A DNA stretch of 64,000 bases from Candidatus Cloacimonadales bacterium (GTDB taxonomy: Bacteria; Cloacimonadota; Cloacimonadia; Cloacimonadales; JAIOQZ01): contig OY762463.1 in NCBI GenBank assembly GCA_963665815.1, forward strand, positions 352,001 through 416,000. The letters run 5' to 3'. The first letter of the stretch is position 1, and every line of letters begins with the position of its first letter. Shown here in pieces: positions 9,101 through 19,700 of this stretch. The translations under genes were made by a program, and so were the position numbers. Under the pieces are notes generated by a model, which saw only the letters and a program-made list of their open reading frames with translations, was not told the origin of the DNA and did not search any database.

Positions 9101-11689
9101 ATCGATAACGTTATTATCAGGGATCTAAATTTCTTATCAGATGGTTCACAATTATCAAGTTTTATAAAGAGTATGTCCTACATCAAAAATTGTGAAATAA
9201 GTGGTTGTAACTTCACTGTTACAGAGAATACAAATGGTGTTATTGCTGTAAACTTCACAGATTCACCTTCAGAGAACACTGTTTTCAAACACAATGTTTT
9301 CAACAACGGACAATACGGCTATAACGTATCTAAAGAATATTATAGTTCTTTGTATCACAAAAATATGATTCTTCACTCAAACGTTTTCTACAATACCGAT
9401 TATCCGATTCATATTCAGAATGTTACAGGATTGAATGTACATAGATCAGACATCTATGATGCATCACAAGGATTATGGATAACCTATTGTAACGGTTTAA
9501 CAGAAGTATATAACAATAAAGTGGAAATGAGCGGTTTCTCCGGTTCTTATACAAGAGTTACTGCAAATTATATGGGAAATATTCAATCTGATATTGACGG
9601 GGAAGAGCTGAGATTCTACAATAATATTATCAGAGTATTTGATAACACATGTCAAGCTATGACAGGTATTCAGTTCCAGTATTGCGATGATGCCTTGATA
9701 GCAAACAACAACGTTGAAGTTGAACATGATTACTCTTATGGCTGGTCCTATGCTGCAAGCTTTTCATCCTGTCCGGATGTTATCTTCAAGAACAATATTC
9801 TTTCAGGTATGAAAAAGACTTATGCTTTAACCTATGACTCTAACAACACTGTAGATTTCCTTAACAATTGCTTCTACTCAGAGAATCAATATTTCGGTCG
9901 TACAGGAAGTACAGATTATAGAACATTCGAAGATTTTGAATCTGATCATTTCACTAATGATTCTAACTTCCAGGCATACCCATTTTTTGATAACAATGGT
10001 TTTGCTCAATCTCAGTTCTTGAAAGACAGAGGTATAACACCTGTTGCGTCCTTTGACTTTTTGACTGATGCAAGAAGTCATCCGTTTGATGTTGGTGCTA
10101 CGATTATCAGCAATAATGATTTCTTTAGCACAATATATCAGGATATTTATGTTGGTAATGGCTATGCAACACTTGACGATGCTTACGAAGCTCTTATGAA
10201 AAGAGGTGTTTCCGCACACATAAATATTTATCTACCGGAAGGAGATTTCTCGGGGAATCATATCTTCAGATATATACCTTATAGTTCAGATCAAAGCACA
10301 GTAACAATCAGACCTGTTGATGGAGCAGATGTCACACTTCGCTATACTGCAAGTTCTGAAGATGATAACTATGTTGTAAAAATGATTGGAACGAAAAATC
10401 TTATCCTGGATGGACTGACACTTGTAGCAGAAGGAAATACATACAGCAGATGTATTGATATCTCAGGTGTCACTGATAAAATAAAAATCAGAAATTGTGA
10501 TATTACCGGACCGGTAATTACTTCTTCTGATATATATGACAGACGTCCTTTGATTTTTGCTGATTATGATAATTCGTTCCTTACAACATTAGAAAACAAT
10601 GCCCTTAACAATGGTTGTTATGGTTTCTCCAGGGGAAGCAATTCAATTGCTGCAAATGACAGAATCGAGAATAACACTTTCTATGCTAACTATCAGGCAA
10701 TCAACTTGCTTGCAGGTGAAGGTCCCTGGATAAGAAATAATACTATGGATGATAATTATTTCTATAGTATTTACATGCATGATGTTACTGGTTCATACAT
10801 CATCTCAGAAAACGAGATTGAAGCCCTGAGTGGAACAGTTGTGAACATTTATGATTGCAGAAGTGATGTTCCCAAATATATCTTCAACAACTATATATAT
10901 GGAGGTTCAGACGGTCATACACTGAATGGAGCTCTTAAAGTAAGTGATACAAACAATCTTGAGATTGTGAACAATACATTGAAGGGGAATTGCTCATCTA
11001 ACAACCATGTATTTAAGAAAGATGGTGATGTTGACAGCCTTAAGTTCATCAACAATATTGTTTACTGCAGCGAACAGGGAAGAGCTGCCGGTTTCTCATC
11101 AACAGATGAAATTTCCGAATGCAAAAACAACATCTTCTATTCTGAAGGACCGGAAGCGATGATCTGGGGAAGTACTATTGTACATAACAACGCTGAAATG
11201 GTTACAGACAGTAATGTCCAGAACTGTTTCGTTACTGACCCAAGATTTGACGGGGATTCCGGTCAGGTTCTCTCAGCTTCAACTGCTGTGGATAACGGAT
11301 GGGATGTTTCATACATTACGGAAGATATTCTTGGAAACGCAAGAGATGAAAACACAGATATGGGAGCTTATGAGTATATCGTTATCTCTCATTTGGATTC
11401 ACCTCAAAATGTTGTAATATCTGCTGATAATGCGTCAGGTGAAGTTACGATAAACTGGGATTCAGTAGATAATGCGGATTCATATAAAATTGAGATTTCG
11501 GATAATCCTGAAAACGGCTTTTCTGTACAGGCAACGGTTACTGAAACAAGTTATACTTTCACACCTACAACTAACGCAGGATTCTTTAAGGTTACTGCTC
11601 AAAGAAATGAGAATACAGTACTCAGAGCAGCTCAACCACAATTCAGGGCAGATAAATCTGACAATAGAATCAGACGAGTTAACAAATAA
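6155..11689 (+). CDS. Large secreted protein with four tandem parallel beta-helix modules and a C-terminal FN3-like domain
   Basis: Signal peptide from ATG 6155 (GGGAG RBS); N/I-rich beta-helix repeats; four 'T.G...Y.T...A' starts and four 'D....R...D.GA' ends. Confidence 0.8.
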   Translation: MIKKLSLIISFVLTTILFAVPVSGTRTIGQTGYYQTLEEACDSIMAYGIDGDIVLLLSAGTYDGRVDLGYTDPAYDITITTNEPEGSVILTNSQSTSSINWIMRLYAANNVAISNLTFQSDATYGCAILMNGDCDDILIDNNVFNGVVSTNTSNHSLIRLNADSEAPDNVQISHNKFYDGAYQIFNSSNTYTEELNTQNLTITDNEFYRSYKHMYLSRAMGAYISDNIFDGSKYGFELRGCKWVDVLGNSLKAKLFGITLSYCGDGDDYCYIYNNKVRVTGANDTYTTFTGEAHGITVSNGTGNSVRHNTVVNTSDHSWSNAMSISGTQNYVKSNLIVNYGKGYGAYFNNLIGDNDVVNIEDYNNIFSKSVYSVKVSNTYYKTLFDFHAAIYIDPSQRNDKNYDPVLDTTMTMIPQSCAMEDQAYYTGYQSFDFYGNPRSNSPDFGAVEYSSTGLAPLSGVFTIGSAGNYTSIQAASDDLTLRGVNGPTQFILDGTDFNEKIDIGFISGTSSINRILFSGSQFTDTRIIAAGTSDKPYVMNLMRTQHVIFEDIEFRNVHNSYGVCFYITSFTDDITVRNCEFYQDTGAVNEYYSNNIFVDQPGEANDFTVTNCTFENGNRAFYDHSYTNSSEVEFLNCTTNNHRIAVNVANVKGLKIKENTINNVTYGGIIANYCDYFEVEKNKITGSSRGIDVSSASGIIPQSPYQNLVANNIINLSGGMGINIAGNYIDILNNSISITGTNLYGIYQYNQSSDLNIFANAIRVENGYVIWLTNSTTTSNYNIDGNSYYSENAKFVKLDNISYNDLQEWCAADPTQNIHSVEADPHFDSFGMATSPWLVNRGFGASRVTEDFNGTSRDVFNDIGANEQVGAVFLFPERNDNVLTVGPGYEYSTIQECFDDIAFHGLKRLSPTDETHKDTLFVRIADGLYGELSQLNHMPREIHELTSDDEAVLVIESMNDNCFLGYPDDSDNQDPIFLLNGIDNVIIRDLNFLSDGSQLSSFIKSMSYIKNCEISGCNFTVTENTNGVIAVNFTDSPSENTVFKHNVFNNGQYGYNVSKEYYSSLYHKNMILHSNVFYNTDYPIHIQNVTGLNVHRSDIYDASQGLWITYCNGLTEVYNNKVEMSGFSGSYTRVTANYMGNIQSDIDGEELRFYNNIIRVFDNTCQAMTGIQFQYCDDALIANNNVEVEHDYSYGWSYAASFSSCPDVIFKNNILSGMKKTYALTYDSNNTVDFLNNCFYSENQYFGRTGSTDYRTFEDFESDHFTNDSNFQAYPFFDNNGFAQSQFLKDRGITPVASFDFLTDARSHPFDVGATIISNNDFFSTIYQDIYVGNGYATLDDAYEALMKRGVSAHINIYLPEGDFSGNHIFRYIPYSSDQSTVTIRPVDGADVTLRYTASSEDDNYVVKMIGTKNLILDGLTLVAEGNTYSRCIDISGVTDKIKIRNCDITGPVITSSDIYDRRPLIFADYDNSFLTTLENNALNNGCYGFSRGSNSIAANDRIENNTFYANYQAINLLAGEGPWIRNNTMDDNYFYSIYMHDVTGSYIISENEIEALSGTVVNIYDCRSDVPKYIFNNYIYGGSDGHTLNGALKVSDTNNLEIVNNTLKGNCSSNNHVFKKDGDVDSLKFINNIVYCSEQGRAAGFSSTDEISECKNNIFYSEGPEAMIWGSTIVHNNAEMVTDSNVQNCFVTDPRFDGDSGQVLSASTAVDNGWDVSYITEDILGNARDENTDMGAYEYIVISHLDSPQNVVISADNASGEVTINWDSVDNADSYKIEISDNPENGFSVQATVTETSYTFTPTTNAGFFKVTAQRNENTVLRAAQPQFRADKSDNRIRRVNK

Positions 11690-11711
11690 CACATTAACTG
11701 ACAATAAATTG

Positions 11712-11739
11712 AAAGGCTGTCCGTAAAGGCAGCCTTTTT
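11712..11739 (+). terminator. Intrinsic terminator
   Basis: AAAGGCTGTC-CGTAAA-GGCAGCCTTT followed by T run. Confidence 0.8.
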
Positions 11740-11902
11740 GTATATTGAGATTATAACATATTAACCCATAAAGCAAACTGACGTTTGACTCAGTCTTTAA
11801 AGTGGTATTAAAACATTAAGTAACAGAGCGAGATTATTTCTTAACCCTGGAAAGAAGAATCTACTATAGGTAGTCTGTCTAACATAGAGATATATTCATG
11901 CT

Positions 11903-12823
11903 CTAATATCCCTTCTTAATATCAACTTCGAGTTCTTTTGCCTTATTGTTAAGGATTCTATTAAATGACTCAGTTACATCAGTCAATTCTGTCAAGGCCG
12001 CCTGGTGGGGAGTGATGGTTACATCGGGTCTGTCCCAGAGTGTGGATGATGCAGGTAGTGGTTCTATTTCTACAACATCAAGAGTTGCATGTCGTAGGTA
12101 GCCTCTGTCCAAAGCTTCTATTACAGTATTGTCTCTCGCTGTTTTACCTCTGCCAATGTTAATGTAGTGGATTCCTTTAAACTGTGAGAAAAATTCGATA
12201 TTAAGTAGATTGTCTGTTGTTCCTGACCATGGCAGAGCATTTATCAAAAAATCAGCCTTACATGTTGCTTCCTCAACTTTGTTCATAGGTATAACAAGAT
12301 CAAAGCTTTTTGACGTACTACCTGATCTGTTAACACCAACAGTTTTGATATTCAGAGTTCTGAGCAAAATGGATATAGCTGTTCCAATCGTACCGGTTCC
12401 CAGGATAATGACAGTTGTGTCTTGTAGATAACGTTGGCTGGTGCGTCTCCATTCATGCCTGATCTGATTAGTTTTCAGCTCAATTCGATTCAGGTTATCA
12501 CTGAGGATATGGTTCAGGCAGTATTCCGCTATTTTGCGTCCCATAGAACCTGATGAACGGGTCAAGCGTGTAGCATGTGAAAGGTCTTTGCGTGAAGTAT
12601 AGCCATCTACACCTGCACCAAAGCAATGTATCCATTCAAGTTTGGAGATATCGGCTGGGGGAGGATTGAATCCGGCATATGCATTATATTCTGAAAGGTC
12701 TGTTAAATCTGGTTTTTCTATATAAAAAGCATGTATTTTTTCTGGTTTAAAATTGCTGTCTATATATTCGGCAAACTCTTTTCCTAAACGCCCACTTGTA
12801 GCAATTTTCCATTTATTTGACAT
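11903..12823 (-). CDS. D-2-hydroxyacid dehydrogenase family protein
   Basis: 'GAGVD', Rossmann 'GTGTIG', 'INIGRG', 'LDV..EPL', 'TPH'; ATG 12823 has a GAGGGG RBS. Confidence 0.88.
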   Translation of the reverse strand: MSNKWKIATSGRLGKEFAEYIDSNFKPEKIHAFYIEKPDLTDLSEYNAYAGFNPPPADISKLEWIHCFGAGVDGYTSRKDLSHATRLTRSSGSMGRKIAEYCLNHILSDNLNRIELKTNQIRHEWRRTSQRYLQDTTVIILGTGTIGTAISILLRTLNIKTVGVNRSGSTSKSFDLVIPMNKVEEATCKADFLINALPWSGTTDNLLNIEFFSQFKGIHYINIGRGKTARDNTVIEALDRGYLRHATLDVVEIEPLPASSTLWDRPDVTITPHQAALTELTDVTESFNRILNNKAKELEVDIKKGY

Positions 12824-12940
12824 TTGTGTTCCCCTCAATTAAATTATTTGTGTGTTACAGAATATGAGCAAACAAAACTGTTGCAAAAATATGTTAAGTA
12901 ATTTGAATTGACAAGACATAAATTATCAGGATTGCGAACT

Positions 12941-14407
12941 ATGAAAGAAACAGAGAAAAAATATAAAGATATGGATAGCGATTATATTAAAGCTCAGATT
13001 GATAGCACTGAGTCAGTTGAGGATAAAATTGATTTTCTATATAGATTGGCTGCACATTATTATGAAAATGGCAACTATAAGGAATCAATAATCTATGGAG
13101 AGCAAAGTTATGATTTAATGGATGAGGATCATAAAAATCGAGGTAATCTTGTTCAGTTAATTGGAACCGTGAGATTCAATCTGTGCAATTACAGAAAAGC
13201 AATAGAGTATTTCAAAGAACATATAGAATATGCTTTTAAGGGAATGAGTAATTTAAGCGTCGAAATGACATTGAATTATATTGGACTAAGTTATCGAGAA
13301 CTTGGTGAATTAGAACAGGCAATAAATTATTACAAAAAAGCAAATGAAATTTTTGAAAAAAACGGAAACATTGAAGGTGTAGGGGGAACACTTCTTAATA
13401 TTGGTCATTTATATATTTCTATAAATGATCTCGAAACGGCTCAAAAGTACTTTACTCAATCTCTTGTGTATATGAAAAAAGTAGGTAAACCTGCTAATAT
13501 TGCAATGGTTTATGGATCTTTAGGAAATGTATGCAGACGAAAAAAAGATTATGAGAATGCCGAAAAGTACTTTCTGAAAGCAATGGAGCAAAGCAAAATT
13601 TGCAATAATCAAGTTAAAATTCTGTTTGCGCTGAATAATCTGGGATTGTTGAATATTAATAATAAGCAATACGTTAAGGCAAAAGAGTATTACATCGAAG
13701 GACTGAAAATAGCTGAAAATGGTAATGACTCTAAGATAAAGGCAATCTTGTATTCAAACATTGGAAATGCATGCATTTATTTGAAAGAGTTTGATAAAGC
13801 TGAAGAGTACCTCAAAAAAGGTATGTTATTGGCAGAGGAAATCAAGTCACAGGAGATTATTGCCAAGAACTACAAAATGCAATCAGAACTATACAAGGAA
13901 ACAGATAATTCTCAGAAAGTTTATGAAACTCTTATGAATTATATTAGGATCACTGAAGAGATTGATAACAATAAAGAATCAGAAAAAATTCGTGAATTGG
14001 AAGTCAGGCTTGAAACCAAACAGAAAGAGCATGAAGCAGAAATCTATAAGTTGAAGAATACAGAGTTAAAAAATGCCCTTATGGAGCTTCAGGAAGCTTA
14101 TGTAAGACAGGAAGAGGCTCATCAGGAAATTCTCGATCTTGAACGAAAAAACTCTATTCTTGCTATGGCAGTGACAGCTAATCATGAGATTACACAACCA
14201 TTGATGGTTCTCTCAGGCAATATTGAAATGCTGCATATGAAACTGGAGATGGAAGATTCAAAATACTTGAATGATAAAGCATGGGGAAGAATAACTGAGT
14301 CTATTGGCAATATAAAGAAAATTCTCTCTGCTTATAAAGAATCGACTCATTTTGAATTTGATAAATACACTGATAACATTAACATGGTAAACCTGAAAGA
14401 TTCCTGA
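12941..14407 (+). CDS. TPR-repeat protein with C-terminal HisKA/DHp-like helix (no ATPase domain)
   Basis: Multiple TPR repeats 'LNNLG...Y..A..YY..GL'; C-terminal 'TANHEITQPL'; start uncertain (12941 or 12971; the TTG at 12908 is part of a TTGACA box). Confidence 0.75.
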   Translation: MKETEKKYKDMDSDYIKAQIDSTESVEDKIDFLYRLAAHYYENGNYKESIIYGEQSYDLMDEDHKNRGNLVQLIGTVRFNLCNYRKAIEYFKEHIEYAFKGMSNLSVEMTLNYIGLSYRELGELEQAINYYKKANEIFEKNGNIEGVGGTLLNIGHLYISINDLETAQKYFTQSLVYMKKVGKPANIAMVYGSLGNVCRRKKDYENAEKYFLKAMEQSKICNNQVKILFALNNLGLLNINNKQYVKAKEYYIEGLKIAENGNDSKIKAILYSNIGNACIYLKEFDKAEEYLKKGMLLAEEIKSQEIIAKNYKMQSELYKETDNSQKVYETLMNYIRITEEIDNNKESEKIRELEVRLETKQKEHEAEIYKLKNTELKNALMELQEAYVRQEEAHQEILDLERKNSILAMAVTANHEITQPLMVLSGNIEMLHMKLEMEDSKYLNDKAWGRITESIGNIKKILSAYKESTHFEFDKYTDNINMVNLKDS

Positions 14408-15673
14408 TTATTCAGAATTCAATGACTCAGCAGCATGTTTTCCTGCAACCCATCCGGTTGAGAAAGCAATCTGCAGGTTGTATCCGCCTGTATCAGCATC
14501 AAGATTGATAACTTCTCCTGTAAAATACAAGCCCGGGCATACCTTAGATTCCATAGTCTTTGGATTTATTTCTTTAAGATTAACTCCACCTGCAGTGATA
14601 ATAGCCTCATCAATAGGACGATGATTTTTCACGGTAAATCTGAAATCTTTCAATATATTCTTTAATTTTTTGCGTTCATCAGAGGTTACTTTGTGACATA
14701 GTTTCTCCCCATTCAAAGAGGTTTCTTCAATAAGCACAGGAATCATCCTGTTAGGAACCAGTTTTTTCATTAGTGTTTTCAGTTTGGTTTTGCTGTTTTG
14801 CTCAAATTCTCGTATCAGTCTTGCATCAAGAGTTTTATGGTCCAGGGCAGGCTTAAGATCAATTGATAGTTCAACTTGTTTCTTCTCTCTCAGAGCCTGA
14901 ACACATTTACGGGACAGACTAAGAATTATTGGACCTGATACTCCATAATGTGTAAACAGCATTTCTCCGAAAAGGGAATCATTTTTTTTCCCATTAACAA
15001 ACACTGTTGTACTAACATTCTTCAGGCTTATTCCCTGCATTTTCGACGCTTTATCGGTGATGGTTTCCAGTGGAATCAGTGCCGGAAAAATATCGGTAAC
15101 TGTATGTCCGGTCTGAATAGCAAGTCTGTATCCATCTCCTGTTGATCCTGTAAGTGGATAGCTTGTTCCTCCTGTAGCTACAATGACTTTTTCTGCATAA
15201 AATTCCTTATCCATGTCATTGCAGATTGCTCCTAATACAAATCCATTATCAGATTTCTTTATCTTAATGACATTGGCGTTGTTAATGATCTCGACATTGT
15301 TCTTCTTACAGGAATTGATCAGTACAGAAACAACATCAGAGGCTTTGTCTGATTCAGGAAATATTCTTCCTCCGCGTTCTGTTTTAACTTTAAGATTATT
15401 GGATTCCAGAAAATCAATAATATCCTGACTGAAAAACTGTGAAAAGGAATTGTACATAAATTTTGGTTGTGGATATATATGTGTAAGAAATTCTTTCAGA
15501 TTATCTGTATTGGTTATATTGCATCTGCCTTTACCTGTTATTCTCAGTTTTTTGGCAGACTTACTCATTTTTTCCAGAATCAAAATTTTTGATTCTTTTT
15601 TTTCTCCGGCCTTGACTGCTGCAAGAAGCCCTGCTGCACCGGCTCCTATAATTATAATGTCATATGTTTTCAT
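14408..15673 (-). CDS. HI0933/BaiN-family NAD(P)/FAD-dependent oxidoreductase
   Basis: 'IIGAGAAG', 'ITGKGRCNITN', 'ATGG.SYP.TGSTGDG', 'LFTH.GVSGP', 'TGGYNLQ.A'. Confidence 0.93.
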   Translation of the reverse strand: MKTYDIIIIGAGAAGLLAAVKAGEKKESKILILEKMSKSAKKLRITGKGRCNITNTDNLKEFLTHIYPQPKFMYNSFSQFFSQDIIDFLESNNLKVKTERGGRIFPESDKASDVVSVLINSCKKNNVEIINNANVIKIKKSDNGFVLGAICNDMDKEFYAEKVIVATGGTSYPLTGSTGDGYRLAIQTGHTVTDIFPALIPLETITDKASKMQGISLKNVSTTVFVNGKKNDSLFGEMLFTHYGVSGPIILSLSRKCVQALREKKQVELSIDLKPALDHKTLDARLIREFEQNSKTKLKTLMKKLVPNRMIPVLIEETSLNGEKLCHKVTSDERKKLKNILKDFRFTVKNHRPIDEAIITAGGVNLKEINPKTMESKVCPGLYFTGEVINLDADTGGYNLQIAFSTGWVAGKHAAESLNSE

Positions 15674-15908
15674 TAAACCTCAATATCGATGTTATTTTGT
15701 GTGTCAGTGTTTTGGCTTTACTTCATGTAATTTTCATTCTGATTCGGTTGATTGTTATTGTACGGAGATCTTACTTTCTCTTTCTTTTTCGGTATACTTT
15801 TTTATTCCCCTGAAGAATTTCCAGAAACTCAGTTATAAATCGGAAACCGGCATATATTATAATGATTCGGAAAACCAGTCCGGACAAGCTATATAATAGT
15901 CTAAGCAT
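15673..15908 (-). pseudogene. Small membrane-anchored ORF (45 aa, 15771..15908), possibly a degraded longer gene
   Basis: MLRLLYSLSGLVFRIIIIYAGFRFITEFLEILQGNKK... with AAGG RBS; another frame continues through one TAA to a stop overlapping the next ATG (TAATG). Confidence 0.4.
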
Positions 15909-15992
15909 GTTTTACCTTTTTTCGATAATGTAATACAAAAGTAGTCTTTTCGCTAATGATAACATTACATTTTACATGTTCAAAGTAATATT

Positions 15993-16256
15993 CTATCTCT
16001 TCTTAGCCTGGCTGAGTCTTACAAGATGTCTTTTTACTGCTATATTTCCCAGAAACTGGAGTATACCAAATAAGATTACTCCTCCAATAAAGCAGATCAA
16101 GCTCTTGAAAAACCAGTTTTCATCAGGTACAAACAGAAAGTGTTTTACCCCAAAGAAAATTGTTGATACAGGTCCAATGAGGAGACAATAAAATGAAGAA
16201 ATCATAATTGTAGCATTTCTTTTTCTCTTTTTTGTATGACTAATTCTTTGTTTCAT
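15993..16256 (-). CDS. Hypothetical membrane protein (2 TM)
   Basis: Two hydrophobic stretches; ATGA overlap with upstream gene. Confidence 0.6.
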   Translation of the reverse strand: MKQRISHTKKRKRNATIMISSFYCLLIGPVSTIFFGVKHFLFVPDENWFFKSLICFIGGVILFGILQFLGNIAVKRHLVRLSQAKKR

Positions 16257-16711
16257 TTTTTTCCACCCTTCAATTTTAAAATTATATAATTTACTGAAAA
16301 TGCTTTGTAGTCAGATCCAATACTCAATTTCTTCTCTAATAAAAGTATGTTTTTCTCCTGCTCATTCACTCTGACAAAATCAGCGAAACTCACTTGAAGT
16401 TCTGCGGCTTTTTTCAACTCAGATGTTAAAAACTCAATGTTTATTCTGTAATTTTCAACTCCGGATGGGAATAAAGTATCCCAGTCAAAATCAGAGTCGG
16501 TCTGGAGAAAAATATGGTATGAGTTGTCAATCAGCTTCATATGTGCTTTAAGTCCTGAATCTTTTGCTCCTAATTGCTCTTTTACAAACACTGGCTTAGG
16601 ACGAGACTTCAGATCGAAACTTTTTACCTTGACATCATTTTTACTGTAACATGATAATCCGACCATAAGCATTAAAACAAGTAGTGTACTTTTTTTAATA
16701 AATTTGTTCAT
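16253..16711 (-). CDS. Hypothetical exported protein / possible lipoprotein
   Basis: N-terminal basic + hydrophobic segment ending 'GLSC'; GGAG RBS before ATG 16711. Confidence 0.65.
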   Translation of the reverse strand: MNKFIKKSTLLVLMLMVGLSCYSKNDVKVKSFDLKSRPKPVFVKEQLGAKDSGLKAHMKLIDNSYHIFLQTDSDFDWDTLFPSGVENYRINIEFLTSELKKAAELQVSFADFVRVNEQEKNILLLEKKLSIGSDYKAFSVNYIILKLKGGKK

Positions 16712-16773
16712 CTTTTTCTCCGAAAACATTAAATTATAATAAGCGAATTTTGTAAATATATTTTGGAGGTTTT

Positions 16774-19700
16774 ATGAAAAGAAATTTCATACTATTTTTG
16801 ATTTTTATAATATCACTCACTTTACAGGCAAAAGACTATATTAATCTTAACAAAGATTTTAATAAGGTCTCAACTTCAATTGTCAAACTCATAGACAGCA
16901 ATTATTTTAATTCAGATTCCGAACGTGATAAGTACTTAACTTCTTCTATTAAAGCTGGTTTCGTCAAAACAGAAATAACGAGATCCGGTACAGAAGAGCA
17001 ACTTTTTGTATATCTCAAACTAAAAGATGAGGGATCGCTTCAGACTCTTAACAGTTCATTTGCGATGCTGCAGGATTATGACAATAAAAACCATATTGCC
17101 GTAGTCTGGATTAATGAAAGTAATCTGAAAAGCATAATATCTTCTGATGAAGTTCTATCTGTTAAGCCTGTGCTGAAACCTGTTGTTAACACAGGATCAG
17201 CTTTAACTGAAGGTGACGGAATTCATAATGCAGATGATGTCAGATCAATTTATGGTGCAGCTGGACAGAATATAAAGATCGGTATAATATCAGATGGGGT
17301 TACATCCAGAGCTACAGCCCAGGCTTCAGGTGATCTACCAGCTGACGGATCGGGACTTACAGTTCTTGACAACTCAATTGGTGGAGAAGAAGGAACAGCA
17401 ATGCTGGAAATAGTCCATGATATTGTTCCGGATGCTGAACTTTATTTTCATTCATGTGGAAACAATACTGTAGCTTTTAACTCAGCAATTACAGATCTTG
17501 TTAATGCCGGATGCGATATTGTTTGCGATGATATTGGCTGGCTTACCCAGCCTGCTTTCTATGACGGCACTGTTGCCCAACATGTAGAAAGTATTCTGAA
17601 TGACAATAATGTTATTTACGTTTCATCTGCTGGTAATGCCGGAGCTTCACATTATCAGGGACAATTCTATAATGATGGTTCAGATTATCATGACTTCAGT
17701 GAAGGATCTGTTTTTAACAATGATCTTAGAATTGGTATGTCTACTAATACAAGTGTAAGAATTGTACTGCACTGGAACGATGAAGACGGTGCATCTGATA
17801 ATGATTATGACCTTTTTCTATTAAATTCTTCTGACACAGTTGTTGAGTCATCTGAGGATTCACAAAGTGGTTCAGGCACTCCGGTTGAGTTTATATCATT
17901 TGACACAGATGGTACTAATGACGGAACATATAAAATCAGAGTCTTGAATTACAGTGCTACCGGAAATGAGGAAATAGAAGTTTTTATTTACGGAAACTCA
18001 GGAGTTTCAATATATGGTGATAACATATCTCCTGTTGATGCTATTTTTGGTCATCCCGCAGTAGAAAATGCTGTAGCGGTTGGTGCAATCCGGGCAAGTG
18101 ATCCCGGGAACAATGATATTGAATACTTTTCATCTCAGGGCCCTGTAACAATAAGTACAGATCCATCTTCATCGACAATGCGAAGTAAACCTGATATCTG
18201 CGGAATAGATGGTGTTGCAATTACAGGATCAGGTGGATTCCCGAATCCTTTCTACGGCACAAGTGCATCAGCACCGCATATTGCGGCCTTAATGGGACAA
18301 CTTTGGAGTGCTAAACCTGAACTTACAGGTGATGAAGTCAGAGATGAGTTCTTACAGAATGCAGTAGATCTCGGTACAGCAGGATTTGACTATGTTTATG
18401 GAAATGGTAGAGCAGATTCTTATGATACGTTCACTGCAAATAAACCGGATGCTCCTGATTTGGTTACAGCCCTTAGTGTTAATCAAACTGATTTTACATT
18501 ATCATGGAACAGTGCAGTAAATGCTGATTCTTACAGGATAGATATCGCATCAGATGGTAACTTCACTTCTTTTGTTTCATCTTATCAGAATTATTCTGTT
18601 TCAGGAACAAGTCTGCTTGTTAATAACGGATTAACTTCCGGAACAGATTATTACGTAAGAGTAAGATCTGTTGACGGCATGATTTTCGGTGATAATTCGC
18701 ATGTTCTGGTTGTTCATACCAGTGAGAGTGCTGATAATTCATCTGGAGAAGTTACGGTTACTGCAAATCAGTCCGACGGAGGAGATGCTTTGAGTATTAC
18801 GTTTGCAGCAGAATCCGGAACGAGTTCCAATCCAGGACAGGTTTCAATATCTGTCTCTGAAAACGTTATGCCTGACAATATACCGGCAGAGCATACTGCG
18901 AGAGTTGTCAGAAGGGGAGTTGATATTGTTCCTCAGAATGATGCAGATAATGGCAACTTCGACTGTAGTATTGTATTTCATTATACAGATGAAGAGGTAA
19001 CCGGATTGACAGAAGAAGATCTGGTTTTATATAATTATTTTGATGGTGCATGGCATTATATTGGCGGAATAGTAAACACCTCTGCAAACACAATAACAGT
19101 TAATAATGTTAATCATCTCTCTGAATGGGTAGCATTTGACAGTGAAGGTGGAAGTCAGACCCTGCCAGTTGAAATGAGTTCTTATAACGGTGTTTATACA
19201 GGTGGTTCAATTTTATTGACATGGATCACAGAAAGTGAAAGTGATATGCTGGGTTATAACGTTTATAAATCTGAAAACATGGACATCATTAACTCAGAAA
19301 AACTGAACAGTACAATAATTCAGGCACAAAATCTTCCAAGTACTCATGAATACACATTTTATGATGATTTCCCCGGTGAAAAAAGTGAATACTGTTATTG
19401 GATAGAAAGTATTGGACTGGATAACAATTCCAAAATGTATGGACCTGTAAAAGTTTATATACCAAGAGAGAAAGATATTGAAGGATACAGTGTACGAGAA
19501 ACTTTTATTTATAATGTCTGTCCGAATCCATTTAACCCATCAACTGAAATCATGTTTGATTTAGCCGGTGAAAGTACTGATCTTGTAGATGCCAAAGTTA
19601 CGGTATATAATATAAAAGGTCAGAAAATTAAAACACTTCTTGACGAAAAGATAAATCCGGCATATAAATTCACTCTGCATTGGAACGGTGATGATGCTTC

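Noticed and set aside
11740-11902. Spacer between convergent genes
   Set aside because: No convincing ORF, repeat or structure beyond the terminator.
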